A DNA stretch of 64,000 nt from a bacterium (GCA_965205865.1 CBDBHR010000027.1:96001-160000); one strand, 5' to 3'; counted from the first letter of the stretch, positions 10,756 through 20,460 are shown. Translations and numbers: made by a program. The notes: generated by a model from the letters alone, not told the origin.

Positions 10756-11196
10756 ATGCCGGCTCACCTGAAGATTCAATGCCACCTGGAAGGCATGAGC
10801 CTACCCAGGCGCGGACACGCAAGCGACGTGGGATTGGATCTTTCCGCATACGCCTATCGGCAAATAAACGAGTCTGTATTTTTTTTTGACACCGGGATTT
10901 CGGTGCGAATTTCTCAGGGTTATTATACCGAAGTGGTACCCCGATCCAGCATCGTGAAAAGCGATTTTATGCTGGCAAACAGCGTGGGGGTGATTGATCC
11001 GGATTACCGGGGCCGGATTTTTGTCCCTTTTCGATATCTCGGTGGAGGCGACGCGAAAGCGGCGGCTGAAAAGCTGCTCAACAAACGTATCGCGCAATTG
11101 ATTGTCCGTCGTTTAGAACCTTGTACGATTGAATTTGTCGCTTCCCTGGATGAAACCGACAGGGGAATCGGAGGTTTTGGAAGCACCGGAGATTGA
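10756..11196 (+). CDS. dut: dUTP diphosphatase
   Basis: GLDL, PRSS, NSVGVIDPDYRG, RIAQL and RGIGGFGSTG motifs. Confidence 0.95.
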   Translation: MPAHLKIQCHLEGMSLPRRGHASDVGLDLSAYAYRQINESVFFFDTGISVRISQGYYTEVVPRSSIVKSDFMLANSVGVIDPDYRGRIFVPFRYLGGGDAKAAAEKLLNKRIAQLIVRRLEPCTIEFVASLDETDRGIGGFGSTGD

Positions 11197-11198
11197 AA

Positions 11199-11272
11199 GG
11201 CTTACCAGCCGGTCGATTCAACAATACCGTGGGAGGCTTCCCAGCCGATCGATTCAACAATACCGTGGGAGG
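11199..11272 (+). repeat. Two tandem 36-bp units (GGCTT(A/C)CCAGCCG(G/A)TCGATTCAACAATACCGTGGGA); related units occur at 20.5-20.8 kb and 35.0-35.3 kb
   Basis: Units at 11199-11234 and 11235-11270 differ at 2 positions. Confidence 0.9.
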
Positions 11273-11279
11273 AAAAGTC

Positions 11280-12044
11280 ATGTCCGATGCCAGCACGACC
11301 ACAACGCAACAATCAATTGCCAATCAGATTTTCAAGGTGGTGTTCGCTTTCTATTTTTTGGTCACGATGATGGTGACGACGATACTGATGCTCACGGATT
11401 ACCGTACTGCTGAAAAACAAGTTCGGGAGGAATTGGATTTGTTATATGGCGCCGCCCAAGCCGGAATAGTCGACTCTTTACGGAGGTCCGACAACAAACA
11501 ACTGCGTTTCTTCCTGGATGAAGTGGTGCAGCATCCTTCCCTGCTGGGTATCAAGATTGTTGCGCCGGATGGGCGGATACTGGCAGGCGCGGGCATCTTG
11601 GTCAACGCCAAAGAACAATCGGTGACCGTCAATTTGCAAGGACAGGAAGTGCTGGTAGGTCGCGTGATGGGAATGTTCGCGCAAACGCACAAAATTGTTT
11701 ATCAAACCGGAGAAGGAAAAGCACGACAATTGGGAGAAGCGCGCTTGTATTCCAATACCAAAATCGTCTTTCAAAATGTGCGCTTGCGCTTTATTTTGTT
11801 AGTAACAGGAGCCCTCCTCAAAACCGCAGCCCTTTGGTTGATCTTTTATTGGGTCATGCAATTCCGGATCAGTCGTCCTTTATCCCTTTTTACTTACGCG
11901 ATGAACCATCTGGAACTCGAGAATCCCGAAGAAGTCAAAGTCGACCTGCAATTGCAAGTCAGGAACGAGCTGAAGGCCTTGGAAGGCGCATACAACGGCA
12001 TGATTGACAAACTGACCCAGCTCTCGCGGAAAACTCAGGTGTAA
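11280..12044 (+). CDS. Membrane sensor-type protein (2 TM helices, periplasmic domain, HAMP) with no output domain
   Basis: Two hydrophobic segments; HAMP-like ISRPL..RNELKALEGAYNGMID; ORF stops right after the HAMP domain. Confidence 0.7.
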   Translation: MSDASTTTTQQSIANQIFKVVFAFYFLVTMMVTTILMLTDYRTAEKQVREELDLLYGAAQAGIVDSLRRSDNKQLRFFLDEVVQHPSLLGIKIVAPDGRILAGAGILVNAKEQSVTVNLQGQEVLVGRVMGMFAQTHKIVYQTGEGKARQLGEARLYSNTKIVFQNVRLRFILLVTGALLKTAALWLIFYWVMQFRISRPLSLFTYAMNHLELENPEEVKVDLQLQVRNELKALEGAYNGMIDKLTQLSRKTQV

Positions 12045-12201
12045 CAGTACATTGAACCGTACCCCTCGTTTCCATCTCGACCGCAGGGAGCGATCTTCAT
12101 TCGACTTGGTATTTCCCTCGGTTCTCAAACTAACGCCATTCCGAAAAGAGGAAGCGAATCAGGAAAAAGAGGACGTCTTTGTGGACACCCTCCAACTCTG
12201 T

Positions 12202-12387
12202 CTAAATTGATGAAATGCCAAGCTGTTTACATATTTGTCGGGCGGTATGATTGTCAATTTCCGCGTGTCGGGGAATCATGGCATATTGATCCCCGGGAGC
12301 ATTACTCCATATTGAATGTTTTCCTCCTTCACGTACCATATAACAACCCGAATTGCTGAGATGACGTAGAAGCTGTCTCCGATTCAT
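12202..12387 (-). CDS. hicA: HicA-family mRNA interferase toxin
   Basis: 61 aa; REGGKHSIW and IPRHAEI..TARQICKQL motifs. Confidence 0.92.
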   Translation of the reverse strand: MNRRQLLRHLSNSGCYMVREGGKHSIWSNAPGDQYAMIPRHAEIDNHTARQICKQLGISSI

Positions 12388-12632
12388 GCAGTTAAAATTT
12401 CCGTTTGATAATTTTCTCCATCACTTACGAAAGCCTGTTTATCACTCCATTTTGCCTCAGCAAATTTATGTTGTTCATCCCATTCTTCTACTAAGGAGAT
12501 CCCTTCACGAAGACGATCTTTTAGTTCCTCCAACGTTTTCTCCTGGCAAATAACGCCAGGCAATTCCCTGACCCAACCGATCCACCATTGATCGATTTGT
12601 TTAATAATCGCCGTAAATTTTTTTCGTTTCAT
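12384..12632 (-). CDS. hicB: Short HicB-family antitoxin
   Basis: WWIGWVRELPGVICQEKTLEEL; 4-bp overlap with hicA; AAGGAG RBS. Confidence 0.88.
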   Translation of the reverse strand: MKRKKFTAIIKQIDQWWIGWVRELPGVICQEKTLEELKDRLREGISLVEEWDEQHKFAEAKWSDKQAFVSDGENYQTEILTA

Positions 12633-13043
12633 GATGTTCTCCTTCTTCCGGGTTTTTAATAAGGATACGTTCCTAAAAGATCGCTTCAATTTGATCATAT
12701 TTCGTGATTATTATTAGAGTGAACAATATATGTCAACACTATATTTTGATGATAATTCGCTATATTTTGATGACTGCTTGACCATAGATTCACAGCGTTA
12801 GAAAGTGCCTGTTTTCACACCATCAAACCAACTACAGAGAACATTCGGTTCTTTAGGTTTACCAGTCCTCGAGGAACGTCGTTTCCTCCTCCGCCAGAAA
12901 GTCCTTTTCCAAGCGGGCGATCAACACAGGTTCAACCGCTCCAGTCGCATCATGATCCGGCAATAACGCGCAATCATGAGCACGCCTTTCAACTTCGGTC
13001 AGGATACGTTCCCTTTCAAGCAGTCATCTTTCGAGTCTGCTTA

Positions 13044-13201
13044 GGAACAAACCTTAAATAACCTGTAATTATTCCAATGGTGTGAGCAAAATTGGGGGAC
13101 ATGTACACCGCTGCGCATCCCAACTCTACTGTTTTATGCCTGCTGTTACGTGTACCCTAATTTTGCGTATCCATACTTCTAACTTATTTAAATTTCATTC
13201 C
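13044..13201 (+). mobile_element. MITE family B, copy 1 (158 bp, TTA target duplication)
   Basis: Imperfect TIR GGAACAAACCTTAAATAA/GGAATGAAATTTAAATAA; TTA on both sides; near-identical inverted copy at 23023-23180. Confidence 0.85.
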
Positions 13202-13310
13202 TTAGTGATTTTCAACTTTCAAGGCAACATGAGCACCAACGGTAAATGACAAGAAATCGGCTTAAAACGAGGTGAACGTGGATTATTGACGTGTAGAAAA
13301 ATCTATGGTA

Positions 13311-13570
13311 ACCTGAGTTCGAGATAAGAATTTAATAAATTCAATATGTTATGGAATCTTCATATCTTAGAGAAACCTTGTCATTCCTGCAAAGCTTGTC
13401 CCTGCGAAAGCAGGGAGCAGGAATCCGGAGGTATGCAGCCAGACTGAAATCCGGATCCCCACTCCCCGCTCCCCGCTTTCGCGAGGACAGGTTTCGCGGG
13501 GACAAGTTTCGCGAGGATGACATATACACTAGGATACTCATATTATTGAAGATTTATGTCGAACACAGGT
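13311..13570 (+). mobile_element. MITE family A, copy 1 (260 bp)
   Basis: TIR ACCTGAGTTCGA; flanking duplication TATGGTA; internal REP-like dimer. Confidence 0.9.
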
Positions 13571-13756
13571 TATGGTAACAGTTTTTTGGAGAAGATCAGG
13601 AATGACGATGCGGACAACTTCAGGAAGAATGGCTGGAAAGGGAAGCGTCGTTGCGGAAGTCGTCCTTTTTGCATTATTTCATCTCAGTCTGTCGCAGCTC
13701 ACACCGAACATTCGTTGCCTTGGTTCTTGCTAAGGGGGAATATAAAAAGGTAAGCA

Positions 13757-14341
13757 ATGGTTAAAAAACTACCTGTATTTGATCCAATACCATCTGTGAA
13801 ATTAGCTTTGGATATTTTTAAAACCGCCGCAATCACAAAATTTGCTTTGATTGGCAGAATTGCTACTTGGTTCTATTTAGATAGTGATTTGCATCAATTT
13901 ACCAAAAATGTGGATTTTGCAGTTCCTTTAACTGAGATACAGTCGATTGAACAAGAGATCATTTCCCGAAAACTAAACTACAGCTACCTGTCCATTGGAG
14001 GGCTTGGCATCCGGGAACAGAAAGACATAAAAATTGATTTTATCGACAGACGTCTACGACAAACGAATCTACTGTTTGCTGAAGCCATTGAAGAAGCTCG
14101 CTCAAAAGTGATAGTAGGCAACCAAGAAGTGCCTATTGTGTCTTTAGAGCATTTAATCGTAATGAAAATGGTTTCCGGGGAACCTAAAGATGATAAAGAC
14201 GTCAAAGATTTATTAAAGGTAAAAACCATTAAATATGACATAACAAAAGCTATTGTGGAAGAATACTTAGGAGGTTATGTAGCAGATCGATTGGATATTT
14301 TTGCCGGAGAAGTAGGAATTTTAGAACCAAGAGGGCCTTAG
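13757..14341 (+). CDS. Nucleotidyltransferase-fold protein (DUF6036/MNT-like)
   Basis: FALIGRIA..TKNVDF, IVSLEHLIVMK and KDDKDV motifs; AT-rich gene. Confidence 0.65.
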   Translation: MVKKLPVFDPIPSVKLALDIFKTAAITKFALIGRIATWFYLDSDLHQFTKNVDFAVPLTEIQSIEQEIISRKLNYSYLSIGGLGIREQKDIKIDFIDRRLRQTNLLFAEAIEEARSKVIVGNQEVPIVSLEHLIVMKMVSGEPKDDKDVKDLLKVKTIKYDITKAIVEEYLGGYVADRLDIFAGEVGILEPRGP

Positions 14342-14343
14342 GT

Positions 14344-15204
14344 TTATATCTTTGGATCAATTCCTGCGTTTTTCAAGATTTCTCTGAGGCTTTTTTCTGT
14401 CTCTTCCGCCTTTTTTATCGCTTCTTCTTTGTCTCGCACTGCATCTTGCTCTCTCCGCAACGCCTCTTCTTCCCTCCGCAGGGCATCTTTTTTATCTCGC
14501 AGGGCATCTTCTAAAAGTTGTTGCCTTGTTTGTTCCTCACGTATAGCATTTTGACGGGCTTGGTATAAGTGATAATCAGCTTCTTTTTCAGAAAATCTCT
14601 CTAAGACTGCCATTGCTTGCCTCATTTTAGGGGTGTTGATGATTTCGGGTAATTCCCTCCAATTCTCGGCTTCTTTAAAAAAATAGAGCCATTGCCCTTC
14701 AGGGTTCAATGTCTCGGAATACTGCCATTTCTCTAATTCTAACGTATGGATTGAACACTGATCGGACAATCGTATTTGATTTTCTTGATCCACGATTTGG
14801 AAGTGATGATGAAAGGCAGGGCTTTTGGAGAACAAATTTTCAGTCAACATCCAAATAGAAATAACCGGACGTAATTCTGAGAATCTCTCTCCGCTTTGTA
14901 TCTGGGACTGATAAATGTCACTCCAGGTATAGAGCATCCGTTCCGGCAAATAAGAAAAAACGGACAATTGAATTTCTATCTGGTAGGTCGTCTCATTTTC
15001 ATCTCTGGCTTTGACATCGACAATCGTCAGCTTGTCGGAATAAAACTCGCGTTCATTGTAGGGGTTTAGGATTTCAACTTCAGAAATAGGAGATTGTGGG
15101 GCAAGGACGCCGTTGAGGAAATCAATCAGTAAATTTTTATTTTCCTTTGCCCCCAAAATGGCTTTGAAGACACAATCGACCGTCGGAGAAATGAGATGTA
15201 GCAC
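14344..15204 (-). CDS. Rpn-family recombination-promoting nuclease / PD-(D/E)XK putative transposase
   Basis: PTVDCVFKAILG, VDVKA..YQIEIQ and ERMLYTWS motifs; coiled-coil tail; GTG start after GAGGAG. Confidence 0.9.
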   Translation of the reverse strand: MLHLISPTVDCVFKAILGAKENKNLLIDFLNGVLAPQSPISEVEILNPYNEREFYSDKLTIVDVKARDENETTYQIEIQLSVFSYLPERMLYTWSDIYQSQIQSGERFSELRPVISIWMLTENLFSKSPAFHHHFQIVDQENQIRLSDQCSIHTLELEKWQYSETLNPEGQWLYFFKEAENWRELPEIINTPKMRQAMAVLERFSEKEADYHLYQARQNAIREEQTRQQLLEDALRDKKDALRREEEALRREQDAVRDKEEAIKKAEETEKSLREILKNAGIDPKI

Positions 15205-16150
15205 AATGATACTCCTCAAAAAAGGGAACAAGAAACCTTTGTTTTCAATAAGTATATCAAAGCGTTTGGACAACAGCGAGACTTATTTGTTTTCTCTTTG
15301 TATCAAGGTCATTTTCCCGATTTCTCCTGATGGCTTCATGTTCAAATTTGGCAATTGTCAATCTTCGTCGAATGGTTCTCCTTTCAAAATGGTCATGGGA
15401 GGAAGGCGCCTCACGGAGGATTTGACCTCCTCCCTCGGGTGCTCCAGGAAAACAAAGAGGGTTGCCCTGGTGGAAAGGGTTTCCTCATCGGCTGCTTTTT
15501 CTTCCTGAGTAAGGCGCTGAGCTCAATTGGGTGAGGGGAGGCCTTTTTGGAGAGAATGGTTGATATCGAGAAAATTTGTCTATACTGTCGAGTTTTTCTG
15601 CGGTGCCAATCGCAAAGTGCAGGCTTGTGAGGGGGAAGGAAAACAGGTCGCGGCCTTCATCAGGGCATCATGTTTATCAGAGGGCCAACGATCAAAAAAG
15701 GCCTTGAGCCCCTTCTGAGGCCTCAAAGAGGATTAAAGAATTTCTGCTGGTCTTTCGTTTTCTTTTGTGATAGTTTTCAAGAAATAGTCTTTTGCTGAAG
15801 GTTTTATTTCAATTTCGCTAATATTAATTTAGCCGAGAGTCGTGTAAAACATCATTTCATCACCAGAGGATTTTTAGAAACTGTCGACTAGGAATTGAAA
15901 AGTGCCGGATATGTCTTAAAAAAAAATATTGATTTCCTGTTCTGGATATGAAAGAATTTGCCTTAAATAATCGCTGTCGCGAAATGGTTTTTAGCCGTCT
16001 GCTGTCAGCTATCAGTTTTTGAATCATATTGATATACCGTTTTTTTTGTAAGTGAAAACGGTTAGCTGAGAACAGATAGCCTTAAATGCTTGACAACCAT
16101 TTGCAGAGCGATTATACAATATTTTATTCCAGGGACAGAAAAGCAATAAT

Positions 16151-16178
16151 GAGATCCTTCGCTTTGCTCAGGATGACA
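16151..16178 (-). repeat. Single GTCAT-type REP-like palindrome
   Basis: Minus strand reads TGTCATCCTGAGCAAAGCGAAGGATCTC. Confidence 0.6.
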
Positions 16179-16252
16179 TGAAAGTCTGGAATTAACCCGT
16201 TACAAGAATAAAAAAATTGACAATAAGGTGGATATGAGAGTAAGCTTAAACA

Positions 16253-16363
16253 CCCAGTTCCCAGTTCCCAGTTCCCAGTTCCCAGTTCCCAGTTCCCAGT
16301 TCCCAGTTCCCAGTTCCCAGTTCCCAGTTCCCAGTTCCCAGTTCCCAGTTCCCAGTTCCCAGT
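16253..16363 (+). repeat. Heptamer tandem repeat (CCCAGTT)x15 plus a partial unit
   Basis: Perfect array seen directly, followed by degenerate units. Confidence 0.97.
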
Positions 16364-18381
16364 AATAAGTTCCAAGCAACAAGTCACAAGTCCCCAATCC
16401 CAAGTTCTACCCCCTTATATTATCTCGACATCAGGGAGAGATCCTTAAGATCCCTCCTTCCCCGTTCCAGAAATGGAAGGGCAATGGGGAATTTGGAAAA
16501 TCATCGGCGCCTGAGTGCGTCGGTTTATGGTTCATTGCCCAATCCTGGAGCCAATGAATCGGTTTTTTGATCACTCCAAAATGAAGGAGACCCAATGTGT
16601 AGAGGAATCCTCGACAACCTGCTTTCGGGGACGAAAGTAGTTTAAAGCAACTCGCAATCTTGTTTTTAATCAAAAAGCAGAAAGGAAAAAGATGGATAAT
16701 CAAAAAAGCAAATCAACCTTCGGTGCAACCCTGATGTCCCTCACCCTTTTGGTGGGGTTGAGCCTGGCAGGCGCCTGGTCTGCTGCGAAAATCCGATTCG
16801 CCCGATGGCGGGGGAATCGTTCTCAAAACCCTCAATTTAGAGAGGATCCCATGTTTTTTATTATGATGAAGAAATTTGTCGCCCCTCTCGTGGGGCTGAC
16901 CCCGGCAGGCTTCTGGTCTGCTGCAAAAATGCAATCCTTGTTGCTCACCCTCATTGTGAGCATCTTGGCCTTCGGGGGAAGTCTGACCGCTGCCCTTGCG
17001 GCAGAGATGGTCTGGGACCGCACCATCCGCAAGATGGTGGAAAAACCTCGCTATGGCGGAACCTTGACCTACGCCAACAATAATGAGGCGCCAAATACTG
17101 ACCCCTCGGTTGGGGGGCACGAAGCGGGATTTGCCGTTTCGGGGGTGCTGGAGAAACTCAGCATCGCGGACTGGGCCATCGACCGGAAGGTGAATGACCT
17201 GGTAAACGAGTTCCTGGCAGATGATCATTATGCACCAGCGCTGGCTGAAGGTTGGGAACAACCCGACCCCACTACGTATATCTTCCACATCCGCAAGGGG
17301 GTGCGTTGGCACAAGAAAGCCCCTTTGAATGGCCGAGAATTTACGGCACAAGATGTCGAATATAACTTTCACCGTACAACGGGTACGGGCAGCGGCTTTA
17401 GCGAACCTCCCGGCGTTAGCCAAGGACTCCCGCAGCTGGAATACGAATCGATCCGGGCGACCGACAAATATACCGTGGTTGTTAAGTTGAAGAAACCCCG
17501 CCTCGATGCGCTTACGATTCTCATCGAAGACACCTTTACCTTTATGGCCCCTCCCGAACTCATCAAGCGGGACGGGGATACGACGGATTGGCGGAAGCTG
17601 GTGGGCACCGGACCGCTGATGCTGACCGATTGGGTCGAAGGAAGCTCGATCACCTGGCAGAAAAATCCCGACTACTGGGGGGTCGACGAGAAGTTCCCAC
17701 AGAACCGCTTGCCCTATATTGATACCTTGAGGAGCCTGATCATACCGGATGAATCAGCCCGCGTCGCGGCCATGCGCTCGGGGAAGGTGGATTATATCGG
17801 TCACCAATCCAGATCGGCCCTCAAAGTCCCTGACATCGTGGAGAGCCTCCGGCGGACCAATCCCGACCTCCAAGTGCATGCGTATTATTTTCGCTCGAAT
17901 AACGGGATGGCCTATGATGTGACCAAGCCGCCCTTTAACGACATCCGGGTGCGCAAAGCCCTGCAACTGGCCCTGGATCTCGAAACCATCCACAAGGCCT
18001 TTTATAAAGGATTATCCATTGCGACCCCGCAAGGGATAACTGGGCATTTTCAGACCCAGTTTACGGTCCATTATGATCAGTGGCCCGAGGAAATCAAAGC
18101 GGGCTATCGCTACGACCCGGAGGCGGCAGAGAAGCTGCTGGATGAGGCCGGCTACCCGCGGGGCGCGGATGGTATGCGCTTTTCGACGAAACTGGATGGC
18201 GCCACGCACAACGGCTTCATTCTGGATTATTGGGCCATCGTCCAGGATTACTGGCGCAAAATTGGCATTCAGTCAGAAGTGATAGTCCATGAAATCCCAG
18301 ATTGGGTTGCTCGGGTTCGAAACCATACATTTGAAGGCATGACCTGGGCGATTGCGGCCGGCCCCTATCACCCTTTATCTA

Positions 18382-19533
18382 GTGTATTGCCTGTTTAATA
18401 CATTGTATTATTGGTCATTTGGTAGACAGGTTTGAGTTTGTTGATAATTTCTTCGGCAGTTTTAGTCCAGACATAGGGTTTTGGGTTGCGATTGTGTGTC
18501 TCGATGTAACTATGGATGGCTTCGGTCAACTCGAGCACGCTTTTGAAGGCGCCTCGTCGAATCCGTTCTGCAGTGATCTTGCCAAAAAAGCGTTCCACCA
18601 TGTTCAGCCATGAGGAGGAAGTAGGAATGAAATGCGGGTGAAATCGCGGGTGTTTTTTGAGCCATTCTTTCACCTTAAGATGTTTGTGGGTGGCGTAATT
18701 GTCCAAGGTAGTCTTGTCAATAAGACGCAGGAAGCGCAGATACTCTTGGTGTCGGTGCCGTTTTTCACAGCGAGCGAGCACTTCCCCTGTCTGCGTATTC
18801 AAAGCAGTAAACAGACAGCAGGTGCCATGACGGATATAATCATGAGTTCTGGTGCCATTGCGCCCTGGTTTCAGTGGCAGACCTGGCTGGGTGCGATCGA
18901 GTGCCTGGATTTGTGATTTCTCATCGACGCTCAAGACCAGCGCTTTCTCAGGAGGATTCATGTACAAACCGATGACATCTTTCAGTTTCGCAGTGAAATG
19001 CTTATCATGCGACAACTTAAATGTTTTTTCCAGATGAGGCTTGAGGCGATGGGCCTTCCATACTTTACCGACGGTTGTCTTGCCTACGCCAACTGCCTTG
19101 GCCATCGATCGCGTGCTCCAATGGGTACGGTCCTCAGGCTTCTCTTCAATGGTTTTCTTCACAATCTCCTCGATTTTATCCGCTCCATAAATGCGTGTCC
19201 TGCCAGGCCGCGGATCATCATTGAGACCTGTTATTCCTTTTTCAACAAAGCGCCGTCGCCACTTTCCAACGGCATTACCGCTGGTTCCAAGCGTTTTGGC
19301 AATTTCTTGATTCTTAAGGCCATCAGCAGCCAACAGGATGATGCGCGCACGACGAGTGTCTCGCATCGCTCCGGTATGACGGCGTGCGGTTTTGCCCAAT
19401 TCATCCCGTTCTTCCCGGGTCAGTTTTATACTTGGTGCTTTTCTCATGCTGTCTCCATATATGCAAAAAAAAGGACAGCTCGTAGTATAGCAAACCAAGG
19501 ATTTTTTTACACATTAATAAAAGAGCGACACAC
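18382..19533 (-). mobile_element. IS630-family insertion sequence
   Basis: TA duplication at 18380-81 and 19534-35; ends GTGTATTGC / GTGTGTCGC; carries a transposase. Confidence 0.95.
18395..19447 (-). CDS. IS630 transposase
   Basis: HTH region; DDE motifs VDEKSQIQALDR, LDNYATHK and WLNMVERFF. Confidence 0.95.
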   Translation of the reverse strand: MRKAPSIKLTREERDELGKTARRHTGAMRDTRRARIILLAADGLKNQEIAKTLGTSGNAVGKWRRRFVEKGITGLNDDPRPGRTRIYGADKIEEIVKKTIEEKPEDRTHWSTRSMAKAVGVGKTTVGKVWKAHRLKPHLEKTFKLSHDKHFTAKLKDVIGLYMNPPEKALVLSVDEKSQIQALDRTQPGLPLKPGRNGTRTHDYIRHGTCCLFTALNTQTGEVLARCEKRHRHQEYLRFLRLIDKTTLDNYATHKHLKVKEWLKKHPRFHPHFIPTSSSWLNMVERFFGKITAERIRRGAFKSVLELTEAIHSYIETHNRNPKPYVWTKTAEEIINKLKPVYQMTNNTMY

Positions 19534-20158
19534 TAGTCTGAATGCACATTACAAAGGTGCCACCTTTAACCGTGGGCAAGTGGATGATCCCCAATATAAT
19601 GCCATCTTTGAGGCGATGAAAGCCGCGACCACCGTGGAGGAACTGGGGAAGTACTCCAAAGAGGCCAATCTGCGTATCGTTGAGCAGCACTGGCAGCTCT
19701 GGGGGCCTGTCGAACCCTCGTATAACTTCGCCCAACCCTGGGTCAAAGGCTACAACGGAGAATTCTATATGGGCGTCTGGAACAAAAATGCCGCCTACGT
19801 CCGCTTCTGGATTGACCAGGATCTGAAGAAGAAAATGGGATTTTAGATCCTCCTTCTCATTTTCCCCCTCTTCCACCAGGGGAGAGGGGACTTTCTCACC
19901 ATAAAATATCAATAATTATTGCTCACAGTATATGAGCTTCCAAGCGACAGGCAGTAAGAAAAAAAGAGATTTTCTCTCACGAGTGGTCCGACATTCCCAC
20001 TCCTTAGTTGTCGTGGAATGCCGCTTCGTCTGACTGGCTGGGTCTTAGCAGACGGAGAACTCATTCGGACAGCCAGCCCCAAAATGTGTCAGTCTTCGCT
20101 CGATACGCTAACAGTGAATTAGACTGCATGCAGGAATATTGGAAAAGACTGCAGGAAG

Positions 20159-20238
20159 GGGGTCAGGCCTTTGATTAGATGAAAAGGGAGCAAAAAAACC
20201 AGACTCGTTCCTAATCAAATAATCAAAGGCCTGACCCC
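20159..20238. repeat. Perfect 19-bp inverted repeat GGGGTCAGGCCTTTGATTA (REP-like pair)
   Basis: Arms at 20159-20177 and 20220-20238. Confidence 0.85.
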
Positions 20239-20240
20239 AT

Positions 20241-20460
20241 TAAAAAAGAAACGAGGACACCCCAAACAGGAGATAAGCAGGAAAGTCAGTTTGTCAAGTC
20301 CTTTCAATCAGTTAGGCCTGATTCGAGATAGATTCAGTGGGACACACCCGAAAAAACGCTGGACTGTGGAGCGAACATTCGCTTTTTGGCTCATGCCGAA
20401 GATGGACCGCAATATATCTTTTATAGCGGACCTCCATTGTTGCGCAATTCTCCTGATCCA
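20241..20460 (+). pseudogene. Remnant of an IS5-family transposase 3' end
   Basis: KKRWTVERTFA(F)W resembles the IS5-family RW.VERTF.W motif. Confidence 0.55.

Larger units (their letters stand above)
16692..19846 (+). pseudogene. ABC transporter substrate-binding protein (family 5) interrupted by IS630; start uncertain (16692 or 16851)
   Basis: PRYGGT, VGTGP and PPFNDIRVRKAL motifs; removing the IS and one TA rejoins HPLS-SLNAHY in frame. Confidence 0.92.

Noticed and set aside
11199-11272. Possible CRISPR array (36-bp repeats with an ATTCAAC/ATTGAAC-like motif)
   Set aside because: The units are directly adjacent with no unique spacers, and there are no cas genes in the window.
13341-13578. 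Short ORFs in MITE-A copies (also 23402-23617 and 46101-46295)
   Set aside because: They lie within a non-coding repeat and are not conserved in frame between copies.
15221-15860. Possible degraded gene upstream of the Rpn gene
   Set aside because: All frames have multiple stops and I could not recognise a family.
16124-16403. ORFs with GNWELGT repeats
   Set aside because: They are translations of the heptamer array, which has no stop codons on that strand.
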